NCBI GenBank assembly: GCA_021372475.1
Contig: JAJFUJ010000139.1
Location: forward strand, 9,535-73,534
Source: Chloroflexota bacterium
GTDB lineage: Bacteria; Chloroflexota; Anaerolineae; UBA1429
Length of the DNA: 64,000 bases
Direction: 5' to 3'
Positions 30,094-40,531 of this stretch are shown here, piece by piece. Made by a program: the position numbers and the translations under genes. The stretch's first letter is position 1. Each line of letters starts with the position of its first letter. The notes under the pieces are model-generated. The model had not been told where the DNA came from. It did no database searches and saw only the letters and a list, made by a program, of their open reading frames with translations.

Positions 30094-30891
30094 TTGAGTG
30101 CAGCAACAGTTGTCGCCTTTATCATATCGCTCATTGTTCAGGTTTGTTTTCCACTAGCTGTCACCTTATATTTCCGCAGACGATATCATACCCCCTGGAA
30201 ACTGTATGGGTATGGTATGTTAATTTTTGCAGTATTTCAGATAGTCAGTTGGTTGCCGATCAATGTCTACCTCGATGCTACCTTTGGCGATAAACTAACT
30301 ACCGAAACTGGCGCGTTTCTTTGGCTGCTCGCGACCGCACTTCTCACAAGCCTGACGGAAGAAGGCGGACGGTGGCTCGGTTACCGGTTTTTATTCCCCC
30401 GACATAAATATAAACTATCGTGGGAAAACGGGATGATGTACGGCCTCGGCCATGCCAGCATGGAGACTATGTTGCTGATTGCCGGACTCACTTTTATGTA
30501 CTTTATCGCCTACCTTGTCTTGGGGCAGGCAACCCAGAGCACTTTTTTGAAATCCCTTGCCCCTTTACAAACTGAAGAGGTGAGTTCAACGCTAAAGGAC
30601 ATAATAAACACTAGTTGGACTCAACCCATCGTCGTAGCCGTCGAACGTGTCCTGATGTTCGGCCACCAGTTAGCCTGGGCTCTTATGGTGCTGGCGAGTT
30701 TTATTGCCAAACGCAAGCGCTGGTTTCTGTTCGCCGTTATTTACCACTGGATGATCGCCGTAGTTGTGCCAGGCCTGGCGCGCTTGTATGGTTTCTGGGT
30801 TGCAGAAGGTGTGAATGTCGCACTATGCGTTATCAGTATGTTTATCATCATCAAATTGCGCGCACTTCTTACCGAAGCACAATTAAGCTAG
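30094..30891 (+). CDS. YhfC-family intramembrane metalloprotease-like protein
   Basis: Polytopic membrane protein with the family's conserved LTEEGGRWLGYRF ... GHASMET motifs. Confidence 0.6.
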   Translation: MSAATVVAFIISLIVQVCFPLAVTLYFRRRYHTPWKLYGYGMLIFAVFQIVSWLPINVYLDATFGDKLTTETGAFLWLLATALLTSLTEEGGRWLGYRFLFPRHKYKLSWENGMMYGLGHASMETMLLIAGLTFMYFIAYLVLGQATQSTFLKSLAPLQTEEVSSTLKDIINTSWTQPIVVAVERVLMFGHQLAWALMVLASFIAKRKRWFLFAVIYHWMIAVVVPGLARLYGFWVAEGVNVALCVISMFIIIKLRALLTEAQLS

Positions 30892-31778
30892 AGGCTGTTT
30901 ACCCTACCCATCTTGTTCAGGATGCGGGTGAGTTCTGCCCTTGCCCCTTCGTCCAACGCCGCGACAGGCGCCCGCGCTGGCCCCACTGGCTGCCCGACCA
31001 ATTCCAAGGCTTCCTTAATGACAGACGGAAAGGTCCCCAACGCGAACGCTTGTCGCAAAGGCGCAAGCTGGCGCTGCAATTCACGAGCCGAAGCATAGTC
31101 GCCATTTTGCATAGCACGGTATATTCCCACCGCTAAATCCGGTGCCACATTGGCTGTCGCAGCGACTGCGCCTACACAGCCGCAGCACAACGCTGCATAA
31201 ATGAGCGTGTCACGGCCCACAAAAGTAACGAAATCAGAAGGGCAGGCTTCCATATATGCAAGGGTCAACCCCAGATCACCGCTTGAGTCTTTCATCCCCA
31301 CCAGAGCTTTTTGTGCAGCCAGCTTGCCAATTACTCTCGCGGGGATAGAATAGCCTGCCCTCTCGGGATTGTTATATGCCAATACCGGTATAGTTGTGGA
31401 TTCGGCCACCCGCATAAAATGGCGATATAGCTCCTCGGCATTCGGACGAAGGTAAAAAGGCGCGATAAGCGAGGCGGCATCTGCGCCTGCGGACGCAGCA
31501 TGGATTGTTAAATCAATCGAGTCCCGTGTCGTGATTGCACCGGTATGCGCCAATACAAGTACCTGACCATTGACCTCATCCAAGACAACCTCCAGGATTG
31601 TTCTACGCTCATTCATGGTGAGCGCATGGAATTCGCCTTGACTGCCGCAGGGGAAGATACCATGGACTCCCTGAGATACCAGAAAGCGCACCAACCGTCG
31701 TAAACTTGATTCGTCTATCGTTTCATCCTGGTGAAATGGCGTTACAATAGGAACGATTATGCCATGCAATGCCTTCAT
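30888..31778 (-). CDS. Dihydrodipicolinate synthase / N-acetylneuraminate lyase family aldolase
   Basis: DapA-family N-terminus (GIIVPIVTPFHQDETIDESSLRRLVRFLVSQGVHGIFPCGSQGEF) and a Schiff-base Lys region. Paralog assignment is not possible from sequence alone. Confidence 0.75.
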   Translation of the reverse strand: MKALHGIIVPIVTPFHQDETIDESSLRRLVRFLVSQGVHGIFPCGSQGEFHALTMNERRTILEVVLDEVNGQVLVLAHTGAITTRDSIDLTIHAASAGADAASLIAPFYLRPNAEELYRHFMRVAESTTIPVLAYNNPERAGYSIPARVIGKLAAQKALVGMKDSSGDLGLTLAYMEACPSDFVTFVGRDTLIYAALCCGCVGAVAATANVAPDLAVGIYRAMQNGDYASARELQRQLAPLRQAFALGTFPSVIKEALELVGQPVGPARAPVAALDEGARAELTRILNKMGRVNSL

Positions 31779-31901
31779 ATGTTGCTCTCCTAAAATACCT
31801 GGCTTGGTCGCCGTGACAATACAATGAATCGCACTTGCCCTATCTTGTTGACATTAATGCGGCAGGTCTCATAATAAATCATTATTTACAGGAGCCTAAA
31901 T

Positions 31902-32546
31902 ATGCTTGCAGAGCTCAAACGCCTGGTGTGCGAAGGGAATATGCTGCTGCCGCACAACAACTTAGTAACCTGGACAAGCGGCAACGTCAGCGGACGAGAC
32001 GCTGAAAGTGGCCTTGTTGTGATTAAGCCCAGCGGTGTGCCGTATGATGAACTAACACCAGAAAAGATGGTCGTGCTTGATCCACAAGGTAGCATTTTAG
32101 AGGGCGCTCTGCAACCTTCGGTCGATGCACCAACACATCTCTACGTTTATCGGCACCGTGCCGATGTGATGGGCATGGTGCATACGCATTCCACTTTTGC
32201 GACCGCTTTCGCCGCTGCTGGGCGCTCCATTCCGGTCTATTTGACGGCAATCGCGGACGAGTTTGGACAAGCTATTCCTCTGGGAGCTTATGCGCAAATC
32301 GGCGAAGAAGAGATAGGCCAAGAGATAATTCGCTCAATTGGCACGAGCCCCGCTATCCTGATGAAAAACCATGGCGTCTTCACCATTGGGGACTCTGTAA
32401 TGGCCGCTGTCAAATGCGCCGTGATGACCGAAGATGTGGCCCGGACTGTATTTTATGCCTTGCAGCTCGGGCAGCCCAAGGAAATACCGCCCGACGAAGT
32501 CGCGCGCGGGCACCGGCGTTATGTCGACAAATACGGCCAAAGGTAA
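31902..32546 (+). CDS. Class II aldolase/adducin-family protein (L-fuculose-/L-ribulose-5-phosphate aldolase/epimerase-like)
   Basis: Zn-binding His motif HTHSTFATAFA. Length 214 aa, typical of FucA/AraD. Confidence 0.75.
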   Translation: MLAELKRLVCEGNMLLPHNNLVTWTSGNVSGRDAESGLVVIKPSGVPYDELTPEKMVVLDPQGSILEGALQPSVDAPTHLYVYRHRADVMGMVHTHSTFATAFAAAGRSIPVYLTAIADEFGQAIPLGAYAQIGEEEIGQEIIRSIGTSPAILMKNHGVFTIGDSVMAAVKCAVMTEDVARTVFYALQLGQPKEIPPDEVARGHRRYVDKYGQR

Positions 32547-32570
32547 TGGCAGCCAGAAAGGCACCGCATT

Positions 32571-34250
32571 ATGTCAATCACCGTAGTGGCTAGCTTGCCG
32601 GATGGCAGAAAAGTGTCATTCCCTATGGGCACCAGTATAGGCACTATGCTGGCTTCCACGATGAAATTTACGTTACCCCTTGTAGCCGCAGTTAAAGACA
32701 ACGAGATGGTGCCGTTAAGCTATGTCCCTGATCGGGATGTTACGCTGGAAGCGGTTGATACGGCATCCAGCGAAGGCATGCGCATCTACCAGCGTTCGCT
32801 GTGCTTTGTGCTTGTCACCGCCGTTCGCGAATTATACCCCACTGCCCGGTTAGTGATTGACCATTCCGTGCCGAACGGCGGTTTTTATTGCGAGTTGATG
32901 CATAGCAAGCCGCTGAGCATGTGCGAACTGGCTAATATCGAGAGCAGAATGCGAGAGATTGTCGCCCTAGACGAACCCATAACATGCGAAATACTCTCGC
33001 AACACGCTGCCCGCGAGGTATTTGCCAAGCAAGGCTTTCAGGACAAAGTCGCCTTGTTGAAATATGATCCCGCCGTCACAGTGCCTGTATATACCTTGCG
33101 CGGCATCTGCGATTCCTTTTACGGCTTGCTGACCGAACGCACCGGCCAACTGCGGTGGTTTAGCTTACGGCCAAGCTCTTCTGGCTTTATCCTGTTCGTG
33201 CCCCCACCGCATACGCCCACTGAACTACCGCCTGAATATGAGCACAACAAAATTATGCGTGTCTTTCACGAGTATGGAGAGTGGCTAAGGATTCTGAATC
33301 TGCAGGATATCAGCTCGCTGAATAGAGCGGTCGACCAGAATAATATCCGTGAAGTTATCCTCATTTCTGAAGCATTTCACGAGAAGCATATTTCACAGCT
33401 CGCCGATGAGATTACAGCTAAACGCAATGTGAGAATTGTTCTGATCGCCGGCCCGTCTTCTTCAGGGAAAACGACCTTCGCGCGACGGCTATCCATACAA
33501 CTGCGCGTTAATGGTACGAAACCTTACGCGCTGGGGCTGGATGATTACTTTGTCGACCGTGAGCGTACCCCGCGTGATGAGAATGGCGAGTATAACTATG
33601 AGGCCTTCGAGGCGCTAGATGCCGGCCTCTTCAATGACCAGATTAAGGGATTAATTGAAGGTAAGGAAGTAATTTTACGGCATTATGACTTCATCTCGGG
33701 GCGCGGATATTGGGGCAAACCGGTTCTTTTGCCCCGTGACGCCATTCTGATAATCGAAGGAATTCATGGGCTGAATCCCAGGCTGCTCTCAGAAGAGGTC
33801 CGCGCGCAAACGTTCAGCATTTATACTTCAGCTCTAACGCAACTCAACATAGACGACCACAACCGTGTGCCGACTTCGGATTCGCGGCTGCTGCGCAGAA
33901 TCGTGCGCGATTCCCAATTCCGTGGCTATACTGCCCAGGATACACTTGCGCGTTGGGCAAGCGTCAGGCGGGGTGAGGAGCAGCACATTTTCCCATTCCA
34001 AGAAAATGCAGATGCAATGTTCAACTCTGCACTGGCTTATGAGTTAGCAGTCTTGAAGCCCTTTGCCGAACCTTTGCTCAATGCGCTCCCTTCCAGTAAC
34101 CCGAATTGCCGTGAAGCGCGGCGGCTTCTCGACTTGCTGCACTGGGTGCAGCCTTGCTCTGCGGATTATGTGCCCGATAACTCGCTGCTGCGCGAGTTTA
34201 TTGGTGGCTCTATTCTGGAGGATTTCTCGTTTAGTTTGCCGGAAACCTAA
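32571..34250 (+). CDS. Uridine/cytidine-kinase-family nucleoside kinase fused to N-terminal TGS and ThrRS-like domains
   Basis: N-terminal TGS-like beta-grasp region (VASLPDGRKVSFPMGTSIGTM). C-terminal PRK/uridine kinase domain with P-loop GPSSSGKTT. Confidence 0.65.
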   Translation: MSITVVASLPDGRKVSFPMGTSIGTMLASTMKFTLPLVAAVKDNEMVPLSYVPDRDVTLEAVDTASSEGMRIYQRSLCFVLVTAVRELYPTARLVIDHSVPNGGFYCELMHSKPLSMCELANIESRMREIVALDEPITCEILSQHAAREVFAKQGFQDKVALLKYDPAVTVPVYTLRGICDSFYGLLTERTGQLRWFSLRPSSSGFILFVPPPHTPTELPPEYEHNKIMRVFHEYGEWLRILNLQDISSLNRAVDQNNIREVILISEAFHEKHISQLADEITAKRNVRIVLIAGPSSSGKTTFARRLSIQLRVNGTKPYALGLDDYFVDRERTPRDENGEYNYEAFEALDAGLFNDQIKGLIEGKEVILRHYDFISGRGYWGKPVLLPRDAILIIEGIHGLNPRLLSEEVRAQTFSIYTSALTQLNIDDHNRVPTSDSRLLRRIVRDSQFRGYTAQDTLARWASVRRGEEQHIFPFQENADAMFNSALAYELAVLKPFAEPLLNALPSSNPNCREARRLLDLLHWVQPCSADYVPDNSLLREFIGGSILEDFSFSLPET

Positions 34251-34258
34251 GCCGCCTG

Positions 34259-34957
34259 CTAGCCAGTATATCCCATCTGTTCGGACGGGCTGATATCAGA
34301 GTGCACCATCGAAAGTAACAAGGTCTGCTCGAGTGTGCGCAGTTGGTGCACCCGCCCATGGGGAATAATAATCATCTCATTAGTTCCCAGTGCCAGCGTA
34401 CCTATGTCTGTCGCAACTTCGAGCTGACCACCCAACACGAGCAGCAGCTCATCATGATCATCATGCCTGTGCCGCCCTACTACTCCTTGGCACCAGGCCG
34501 CGCGCACCGCCATTTCATCGACCTGGAAGAATTCAACAGAGAAAAAAGTCTGGGTTAATCCTCTAGCTACCTCATGCGGATCTGCCTTGATAATATGCAA
34601 GCCAGGATGTGTACTGCCGTGCCCGTTCTTGCGCTCAGGTTCTGCTTGTGCTTGTGCAATTAATACCACAGAGTCGTGTAACGAACTGCTGGTATGTTCA
34701 ATCCCTTTAGGCACGAGAGCGAGATCGCTCTCGTGCATTATCATATCCTTATCATCTGTTTCGATCCTAAGCGACCCTCTGACAACATAGAATAACTCAT
34801 CATACAAGATGTGCCGATGGATATTGACTACTCCGCGCGCAAGATACATATAGATAGCAAAGTAGTCCAACCTAGCGATTTGCTGTAATAAAAACGGGCG
34901 CGTAAGCCCATCCGCAAGTTGGAGCAGATTGAGTTTATCTGGGGCCATAGCAGCCAC
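34259..34957 (-). CDS. Bicupin protein
   Basis: Two cupin-like His-containing motifs (G.EHTSS; HRHDDHDELLLVLGG). Function unknown. Confidence 0.5.
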   Translation of the reverse strand: MAAMAPDKLNLLQLADGLTRPFLLQQIARLDYFAIYMYLARGVVNIHRHILYDELFYVVRGSLRIETDDKDMIMHESDLALVPKGIEHTSSSLHDSVVLIAQAQAEPERKNGHGSTHPGLHIIKADPHEVARGLTQTFFSVEFFQVDEMAVRAAWCQGVVGRHRHDDHDELLLVLGGQLEVATDIGTLALGTNEMIIIPHGRVHQLRTLEQTLLLSMVHSDISPSEQMGYTG

Positions 34958-34969
34958 AACACCCCGACT

Positions 34970-36121
34970 TTACAGTGTGTCGTACAAGATTTTCCCGCGT
35001 ACCATCGTCATCAAGGCCTGTTTGCCATCCCATACTACCAGATCAGCGTCATTGCCCACAGCTATTTTACCTTTGTGCTCCAAGTGCAGTTGGCGCGCCG
35101 GAACGGAGGTCACCATTGGCAGCGCTTGCTCGAGAGAAAGGTTGCAAGCGCGCATCATATTAACCAGCCCCCTCTCGAGAGTTAGCGTGCTGCCGGCCAG
35201 TGTCCCACTGGGGGTCCTTGCCTCACCGTTGCGAACGGTGATACTGCTGCCCCAGATGTGGTATTCGCCGTCGGACATCCCTGTCGCGCTCATCGCATCT
35301 GTAATGAGGGCAAGTCTCTCCGCTCCCTTGGCGCTGTAGGCCAATTGCAGAACTGGTACAGCCAAATGCACCAAATCAGCGATCACCTCGCAAGTGAGGT
35401 TCGGCAGGGTCAGTGCGGCGCCAACCATCCCAGGCGTGCGGTGATGCAGCGGCTCCATCGCGTTGAATAAGTGGGTAATCTGGGTAGCGCCCAGCACTAC
35501 CGCTTGGCAAACCTGCTCATAAGTGGAGCTGCTGTGGCCAAGCGCCACTGTAATACCCAGCGATACTGCTGCACTCAGCAAATCCAGATTTTCTGGGAAC
35601 TCGGGGGCAATGGTAAGCAGCTTGATCGCTCCAGATTTCAGGTAAGCGTTATATTCCTCCGCCCTGGCAAGGCGTATTTGGGCCGGGTCATGAGCGCCTC
35701 GCCGCGCAGCCTCGATGTAGGGACCTTCTAAATGGGCGCCCAGCAATTGCGCACCGCCCGTATTCTGCTGCATCACCTTGCTGATAGCATCCAGGGCCGC
35801 ATCAATCTGGCGCGGCGCGGCGGTAATTGTGCTAGCAAGAAACGAGGTTACGCCATGTTGGCCAAGAAAACGTGCGATTGCGCACAAGGCAGCAGGTTCC
35901 GCTTCCATTACATCGCGCCCTACTGCACCATGGGTATGCATATCGATGAATCCTGGCAGCAGGTCGCGCCCCCTCAAGTCAAGGATGTGCGCCTCGGGGA
36001 GCACAGGTGGAGCACCTCTTCCAAGGTCAGCGATTGTGCCATCAGAGACCAACAGCCAGCCGCCTGGCCAGGGGCCGGCAGCCGTATAGATTGTACCGCC
36101 GGTGAACAGTGTACATTCCAC
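34970..36121 (-). CDS. nagA: N-acetylglucosamine-6-phosphate deacetylase
   Basis: Amidohydrolase metal-binding motifs (DMHTHG; later HLFNAM/HSSS). Confidence 0.85.
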   Translation of the reverse strand: MECTLFTGGTIYTAAGPWPGGWLLVSDGTIADLGRGAPPVLPEAHILDLRGRDLLPGFIDMHTHGAVGRDVMEAEPAALCAIARFLGQHGVTSFLASTITAAPRQIDAALDAISKVMQQNTGGAQLLGAHLEGPYIEAARRGAHDPAQIRLARAEEYNAYLKSGAIKLLTIAPEFPENLDLLSAAVSLGITVALGHSSSTYEQVCQAVVLGATQITHLFNAMEPLHHRTPGMVGAALTLPNLTCEVIADLVHLAVPVLQLAYSAKGAERLALITDAMSATGMSDGEYHIWGSSITVRNGEARTPSGTLAGSTLTLERGLVNMMRACNLSLEQALPMVTSVPARQLHLEHKGKIAVGNDADLVVWDGKQALMTMVRGKILYDTL

Positions 36122-36136
36122 TATAACGCTCCCTAG

Positions 36137-37618
36137 TTATTCATTGCCCAACAGCTCAGCAAAACGGGCGTAGGCTTCGTTCCAACCGGCAGAACTGCGC
36201 GGCTCGTAAGTGGTCACCTCGAAGGAACGTCTGACCACCTCACGGCCCTCGGCGAGCGACCCGATATGTCCACAGGAAATCGCTTGCATGATGAGATTAC
36301 CTGCGGCGGTGGCCTCAACCGGCCCTGCAATCACCGTGCGTCGGGTAGCATCGGCTGCCAGTTGGCACAGCAGTTGGTTTTGGCAGCCGCCCCCAACGAT
36401 ATGGATGGTCTTGAGCGACCGGTTCAACATCAGCTCGAGCTTCTCTATAACCCATCGATAACGCAATGCCAGGCTTTCCAGGGCGCAGCGCACAATTTCC
36501 CCTTTCGTCCCGGGGGCAGTTTGGCCGGTTCGCCGGCAGTACTCACGGATACGCGTTGGCATATCGCCAGGCCGTAGAAAGTCGGGGCAATCCGGATCGA
36601 GCACTGCCTCAAAGGGAGCGGCGTGTTCAGCCAGCGAGGTCAATTCGGCATACGACAGCTCCTCACCAGCTTGCTGCCAAGTGTGGCGGCACTGCTGCAC
36701 AAGCCATAGCCCCATGATGTTCTTGAGCAGACGGAAGGTTCCGCATACACCGCCCTCATTGGTAAAGTTGTATTTCAAGCTGTCTGTGTTGATGATAGGT
36801 TGACGTGTCTCGACGCCCATCAGGCTCCATGTGCCGGAACTGATATAGGCAAAATCATCACCGGCGGCCGGCACCGCTGCGACCGCCGAACCCGTATCAT
36901 GACAGGCAGGCGCGATAACCTGCACTTTATCGAGCCCGACTTCTTCGGCAACCGAGGGCAGCAAAGGCCCCAGCACGGCGCCGGGCTGCACCACTTCCGG
37001 CAAGATATGCGCAGGCAAGCCAAGCTTACCCAGCAGCGGATAAGCCCAATCCATACGGCGCGGGTCATAGAACTGGCTTGTAGTAGCGATTGAGAACTCG
37101 GCTGCTTTGACCCCGGTGAACCAATAGTTGAACAGGTCCGGGATCATCAGCAGCGTTTTCGCTTGGTCAAGCAGAGGGTCGTCCGTCAGCCTCATCGCCA
37201 GGAGCTGGTAGAGCGTATTAATCTCCATAAATTGGATGCCTGTTTGGGCAAATACTTCCTCGCGCGGCACCCTGACGAAAGCCGCTTCCAGCATGCCCGC
37301 GGTGCGCGAGTCGCGGTAGTTGAACGGCATCCCCAGCAGGACATCATTGCGCCCGAGCAGCGCGAAATCCACCCCCCAAGTATCCAGACCTATGCTGGCC
37401 AGTTCACCCTTGTATTCCCGCCGGTAGACTGCCAACCCTTCTTTCATCTCCGCCCACAGGCGAGGAACATCCCAATAGAGGTGATCCAGGATTTTAACGG
37501 GTCCATTAGGGAAACGGTGAATGGGCTTGAGTTCCAACTTGCTGCCATCAAACTGGCCAAGGATGGCCCGCCCGCTTTCCGCGCCCAGGTCCAGCGCCAG
37601 ATAATCCATTTTCTTCAT
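36137..37618 (-). CDS. FGGY-family sugar kinase (rhamnulokinase-like)
   Basis: N-terminal LALDLGAESGRAILG. FGGY N- and C-domains. 493 aa. Confidence 0.75.
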   Translation of the reverse strand: MKKMDYLALDLGAESGRAILGQFDGSKLELKPIHRFPNGPVKILDHLYWDVPRLWAEMKEGLAVYRREYKGELASIGLDTWGVDFALLGRNDVLLGMPFNYRDSRTAGMLEAAFVRVPREEVFAQTGIQFMEINTLYQLLAMRLTDDPLLDQAKTLLMIPDLFNYWFTGVKAAEFSIATTSQFYDPRRMDWAYPLLGKLGLPAHILPEVVQPGAVLGPLLPSVAEEVGLDKVQVIAPACHDTGSAVAAVPAAGDDFAYISSGTWSLMGVETRQPIINTDSLKYNFTNEGGVCGTFRLLKNIMGLWLVQQCRHTWQQAGEELSYAELTSLAEHAAPFEAVLDPDCPDFLRPGDMPTRIREYCRRTGQTAPGTKGEIVRCALESLALRYRWVIEKLELMLNRSLKTIHIVGGGCQNQLLCQLAADATRRTVIAGPVEATAAGNLIMQAISCGHIGSLAEGREVVRRSFEVTTYEPRSSAGWNEAYARFAELLGNE

Positions 37619-37954
37619 AAGAGCTCCTCTTGAGAGTGCTAATCATTGCCTGTATATCACAAATCCGGATGGTCGGCAAGCATACTGGTTGGAAATGTCG
37701 GCATCACAATGGTAAATGCTAGCACCAACTGATTACTAAACAGTTATTATGGCTGGCTTAGGATTTGCGACCATAACCAATCTTGCAACATATGGGTCCG
37801 AAATCATATACAACCTGTATCAGCATCTCGAGATGAAAAAGTTGAAACATAAAGCCGAGTGATTATCTACTCGGCTCTTTATGTCTGTACGCCCAGGGTA
37901 GGGTCGAACGCTCAACAGGCGGATTTGTAGTACTCACAGAGCCTCAATTAGCAA

Positions 37955-38149
37955 ATGTTGCCAAATATGGCAGCTCAGATTGACGGACTCTACCCTCAAA
38001 AGCAAGTCCGTCATTTCCGCACGACGAACAATCTGGAACGTCTGAACCGCGAGATACGCCGGCGCACTCGGGTGGTGAGTATCTTTCCCAATGAAGCTTC
38101 CTGTCCGCCTCTGGCCAGCGAGATCCTGATGGAGGTCAACGATGACTGA
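37955..38149 (+). pseudogene. C-terminal remnant of an IS256-family (Mutator-type) transposase
   Basis: The 64-aa ORF ends ...TTNNLERLNREIRRRTRVVSIFPNEASCPPLASEILMEVNDD, matching the conserved IS256 transposase C-terminus. No upstream catalytic part remains. It sits in an AT-rich non-coding stretch (37620-38376). Confidence 0.7.
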
Positions 38150-38376
38150 AAAAGCGGTCGAGTCTATTTAACTATGGAATCTGTAATACCTCAGGGACTA
38201 GCCTGAATGAATCTGCAGAAAGAGTTGCACAATCCAGGGTTTGCTTCGAACATTGTTCTCCTAGTTCAATTATCATTTAAAGGAACAACACTCCTTGCGG
38301 TTTACTGGGCTAACGGCTACAATAAAAATACAGGGCATAGGTGGTTTCTTGATAAGGGCATACCTTAGGAGGCCAT

Positions 38377-39381
38377 ATGTTAAACCTGGTAACCGGCGCA
38401 ACCGGCTTTATCGGAAGTCATCTTGTCGAGGCGCTTTTGTTGCGCGGAGAGCAAGTCCACGCATTGGTGCGCCCAACAAGTAACGCGCACATGCTAAGGG
38501 GTCTTGGTGCCGATGTGCACCTTGGAAATCTCGACGACCAGGCGACACTCATGGCGGCTGCAGAAGGGGCTGATCGAATCTGGCACTGTGCCGCATTGGT
38601 GAACGATTGGGGCCTGCCGGATGCCTTTGTCCAGGCGAACGTGGATGGCGTTCGCAACATTTTGGCCGTGGCTACGCGGGCAAAGGTGAAGCGTTTTATC
38701 TTTCTCAGTACCAGCGATGTGTATGGATTCCCGGGTCGACCCACCCTTGAGAGCGAAAAGCCGGCGCCGCGGGGGCTGCCGTATGTCGATACTAAGGTCG
38801 AAGGTGAAATGCTGGTACGAAATCACTTCCTCAAAGTGGGGCTGCCTATCACCATCATCCGCCCAGGCACGGTCTATGGTCCGCGCAGTGTTACGCTCGT
38901 GCTGCCGATTGTTCGCGCGCTGCTGGAGCGCCGAGGATATACAATTGACCGAGGCCGCCACCTGGCAGGTTTGACCTTTGTTGGGAATCTGGTGCAGGCC
39001 ATGTTGCAGGCAGGGGATGTCCCTGAAGCAGTAGGTGAAGCCTATAACATCACAGACGGCACCAGTATCACCTGGGCGCAATTTATCCATGCCCTGGCTG
39101 ACGCCATGCAAGTACCGCATCCAGAACGAAACTATAGTCACTGGCAGGCGTATGCACTGGCATCCTTTCTTGAGAGCACCTATACCCTGCAGGGGAAAAA
39201 TGGAAGGCCGTGGATAACCCGGCTGGCGGTTGAGCTTATGGGCACCAACCAGGATTTTCCGATCGAAAAGGCACGCAAGCAGTTGGGATATCGCCCTTGT
39301 GTATCGTTCGAAGACGGCATCAAGGCGACGGTTGCCTGGCTGCGGCAGGCTGGACATATTGAGCTTGAATCTGATACATAG
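38377..39381 (+). CDS. NAD-dependent epimerase/dehydratase (extended SDR)
   Basis: Rossmann motif TGATGFIGSHL plus a Y..K catalytic dyad region. Confidence 0.8.
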   Translation: MLNLVTGATGFIGSHLVEALLLRGEQVHALVRPTSNAHMLRGLGADVHLGNLDDQATLMAAAEGADRIWHCAALVNDWGLPDAFVQANVDGVRNILAVATRAKVKRFIFLSTSDVYGFPGRPTLESEKPAPRGLPYVDTKVEGEMLVRNHFLKVGLPITIIRPGTVYGPRSVTLVLPIVRALLERRGYTIDRGRHLAGLTFVGNLVQAMLQAGDVPEAVGEAYNITDGTSITWAQFIHALADAMQVPHPERNYSHWQAYALASFLESTYTLQGKNGRPWITRLAVELMGTNQDFPIEKARKQLGYRPCVSFEDGIKATVAWLRQAGHIELESDT

Positions 39382-39406
39382 TCTGGTGGAATGGAGCAAT
39401 AGTGAT

Positions 39407-40528
39407 ATGAGAGTCGCAGAGATATCCAGAGCAGCGGTGCTGCCGCAGGCCGGCCAGCCGGTAGAGATACGCGAGTATCCGCTCCCCAGAATGGAGGACG
39501 GGGCAGTGCTGCTGCGCACCAAATACAGCGAGGTGTGTGGCACAGACGTCCACCTGCAGCACGGGCATTTGTCGGGGGTACCGTATCCCATCATCCCCGG
39601 GCATGTGAATGTCGGCGAAGTGGTCGAGACAGCCGGCCATCCCACCGACCAGGACAACCAGCCTATTAGTGTAGGGCAATTGGTTACTTTCCTTGATGTC
39701 AATGAAACCTGCGGACGCTGTTGGTACTGTACGGTGGGCAAGGCATCCACACGCTGCCCGCACAGGCGGGTTTACGGCATTACCTACAGCGCCGATGAGG
39801 GATTGCTTGGCGGGTGGTCGCAGTTCATCTACCTAAAGCCGGGCGTTAAAATACTACCGCTCCCAGAAACGGTGCCGGCCGAACGCTTTATCGGCGCTGG
39901 CTGCGGTTTGCCGACAGCTGTGCACGCTCTAGAGCGCGCACAGGTAATGCTGGGTGATACCGTGGTCGTCCAGGGCAGCGGTCCGGTAGGGCTGACGGCC
40001 GCCATCCTGGCGCAGTTGAGCGGCGCCACAAAAGTGATTGTAATTGGCGGTCCAGCGCCGCGGCTGCAGGAAGCCTTGCGTATTGGCGCCGATGAGGTAA
40101 TCGATATTACCCGGTTTGATATCAAGTCGCGTAAGGAACGCGTGCTGGAATTGACCAGCGGCCGGGGCGCCGACATAACCATCGAAGCCAGCGGAGCGCC
40201 CCAAGCTGTCAATGAAGGATTTTCTTTTACTCGCGATGCGGGACGCTACGTCATCGTCGGGCAATATACTGACCTGGGCGATATTCGGATCAATCCGCAC
40301 CTCGATATCAACCGCAAGCACCTCGATATCCGCGGCTGCTGGGGCAGTGATTTCAGCCACCTTTGGCGTGGAATGCGCATAGTAGAAAAATACGGCGAAA
40401 GATATCGCTGGGAGCAGTTCATTACGCGCCGTTATGGGTTGGACGAGGCCAATCAGGCGCTCGATGATGTGGCGCATTGGCGTACTGTTAAAGCCTTGAT
40501 CGACCCGTGGCAGCGCAGCGAGAGATAA
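39407..40528 (+). CDS. Zn-dependent medium-chain alcohol/polyol dehydrogenase (MDR family)
   Basis: Zn-binding CGTDVH..H and a structural-Zn Cys cluster (CGRCWYC..G....C). Rossmann motif GSGPVG. Start placed at ATG 39407; the six-frame ORF starts at 39230. Confidence 0.8.
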   Translation: MRVAEISRAAVLPQAGQPVEIREYPLPRMEDGAVLLRTKYSEVCGTDVHLQHGHLSGVPYPIIPGHVNVGEVVETAGHPTDQDNQPISVGQLVTFLDVNETCGRCWYCTVGKASTRCPHRRVYGITYSADEGLLGGWSQFIYLKPGVKILPLPETVPAERFIGAGCGLPTAVHALERAQVMLGDTVVVQGSGPVGLTAAILAQLSGATKVIVIGGPAPRLQEALRIGADEVIDITRFDIKSRKERVLELTSGRGADITIEASGAPQAVNEGFSFTRDAGRYVIVGQYTDLGDIRINPHLDINRKHLDIRGCWGSDFSHLWRGMRIVEKYGERYRWEQFITRRYGLDEANQALDDVAHWRTVKALIDPWQRSER

Positions 40529-40531
40529 ACT

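Noticed and set aside
38494-39750. 418-aa minus-strand ORF, plus the 280-aa minus-strand ORF at 39929-40771
   Set aside because: Both are antisense to the well-supported epimerase and MDR dehydrogenase genes. They have low-complexity Arg/Pro/Ala-rich composition typical of GC-rich antisense frames and no motifs.
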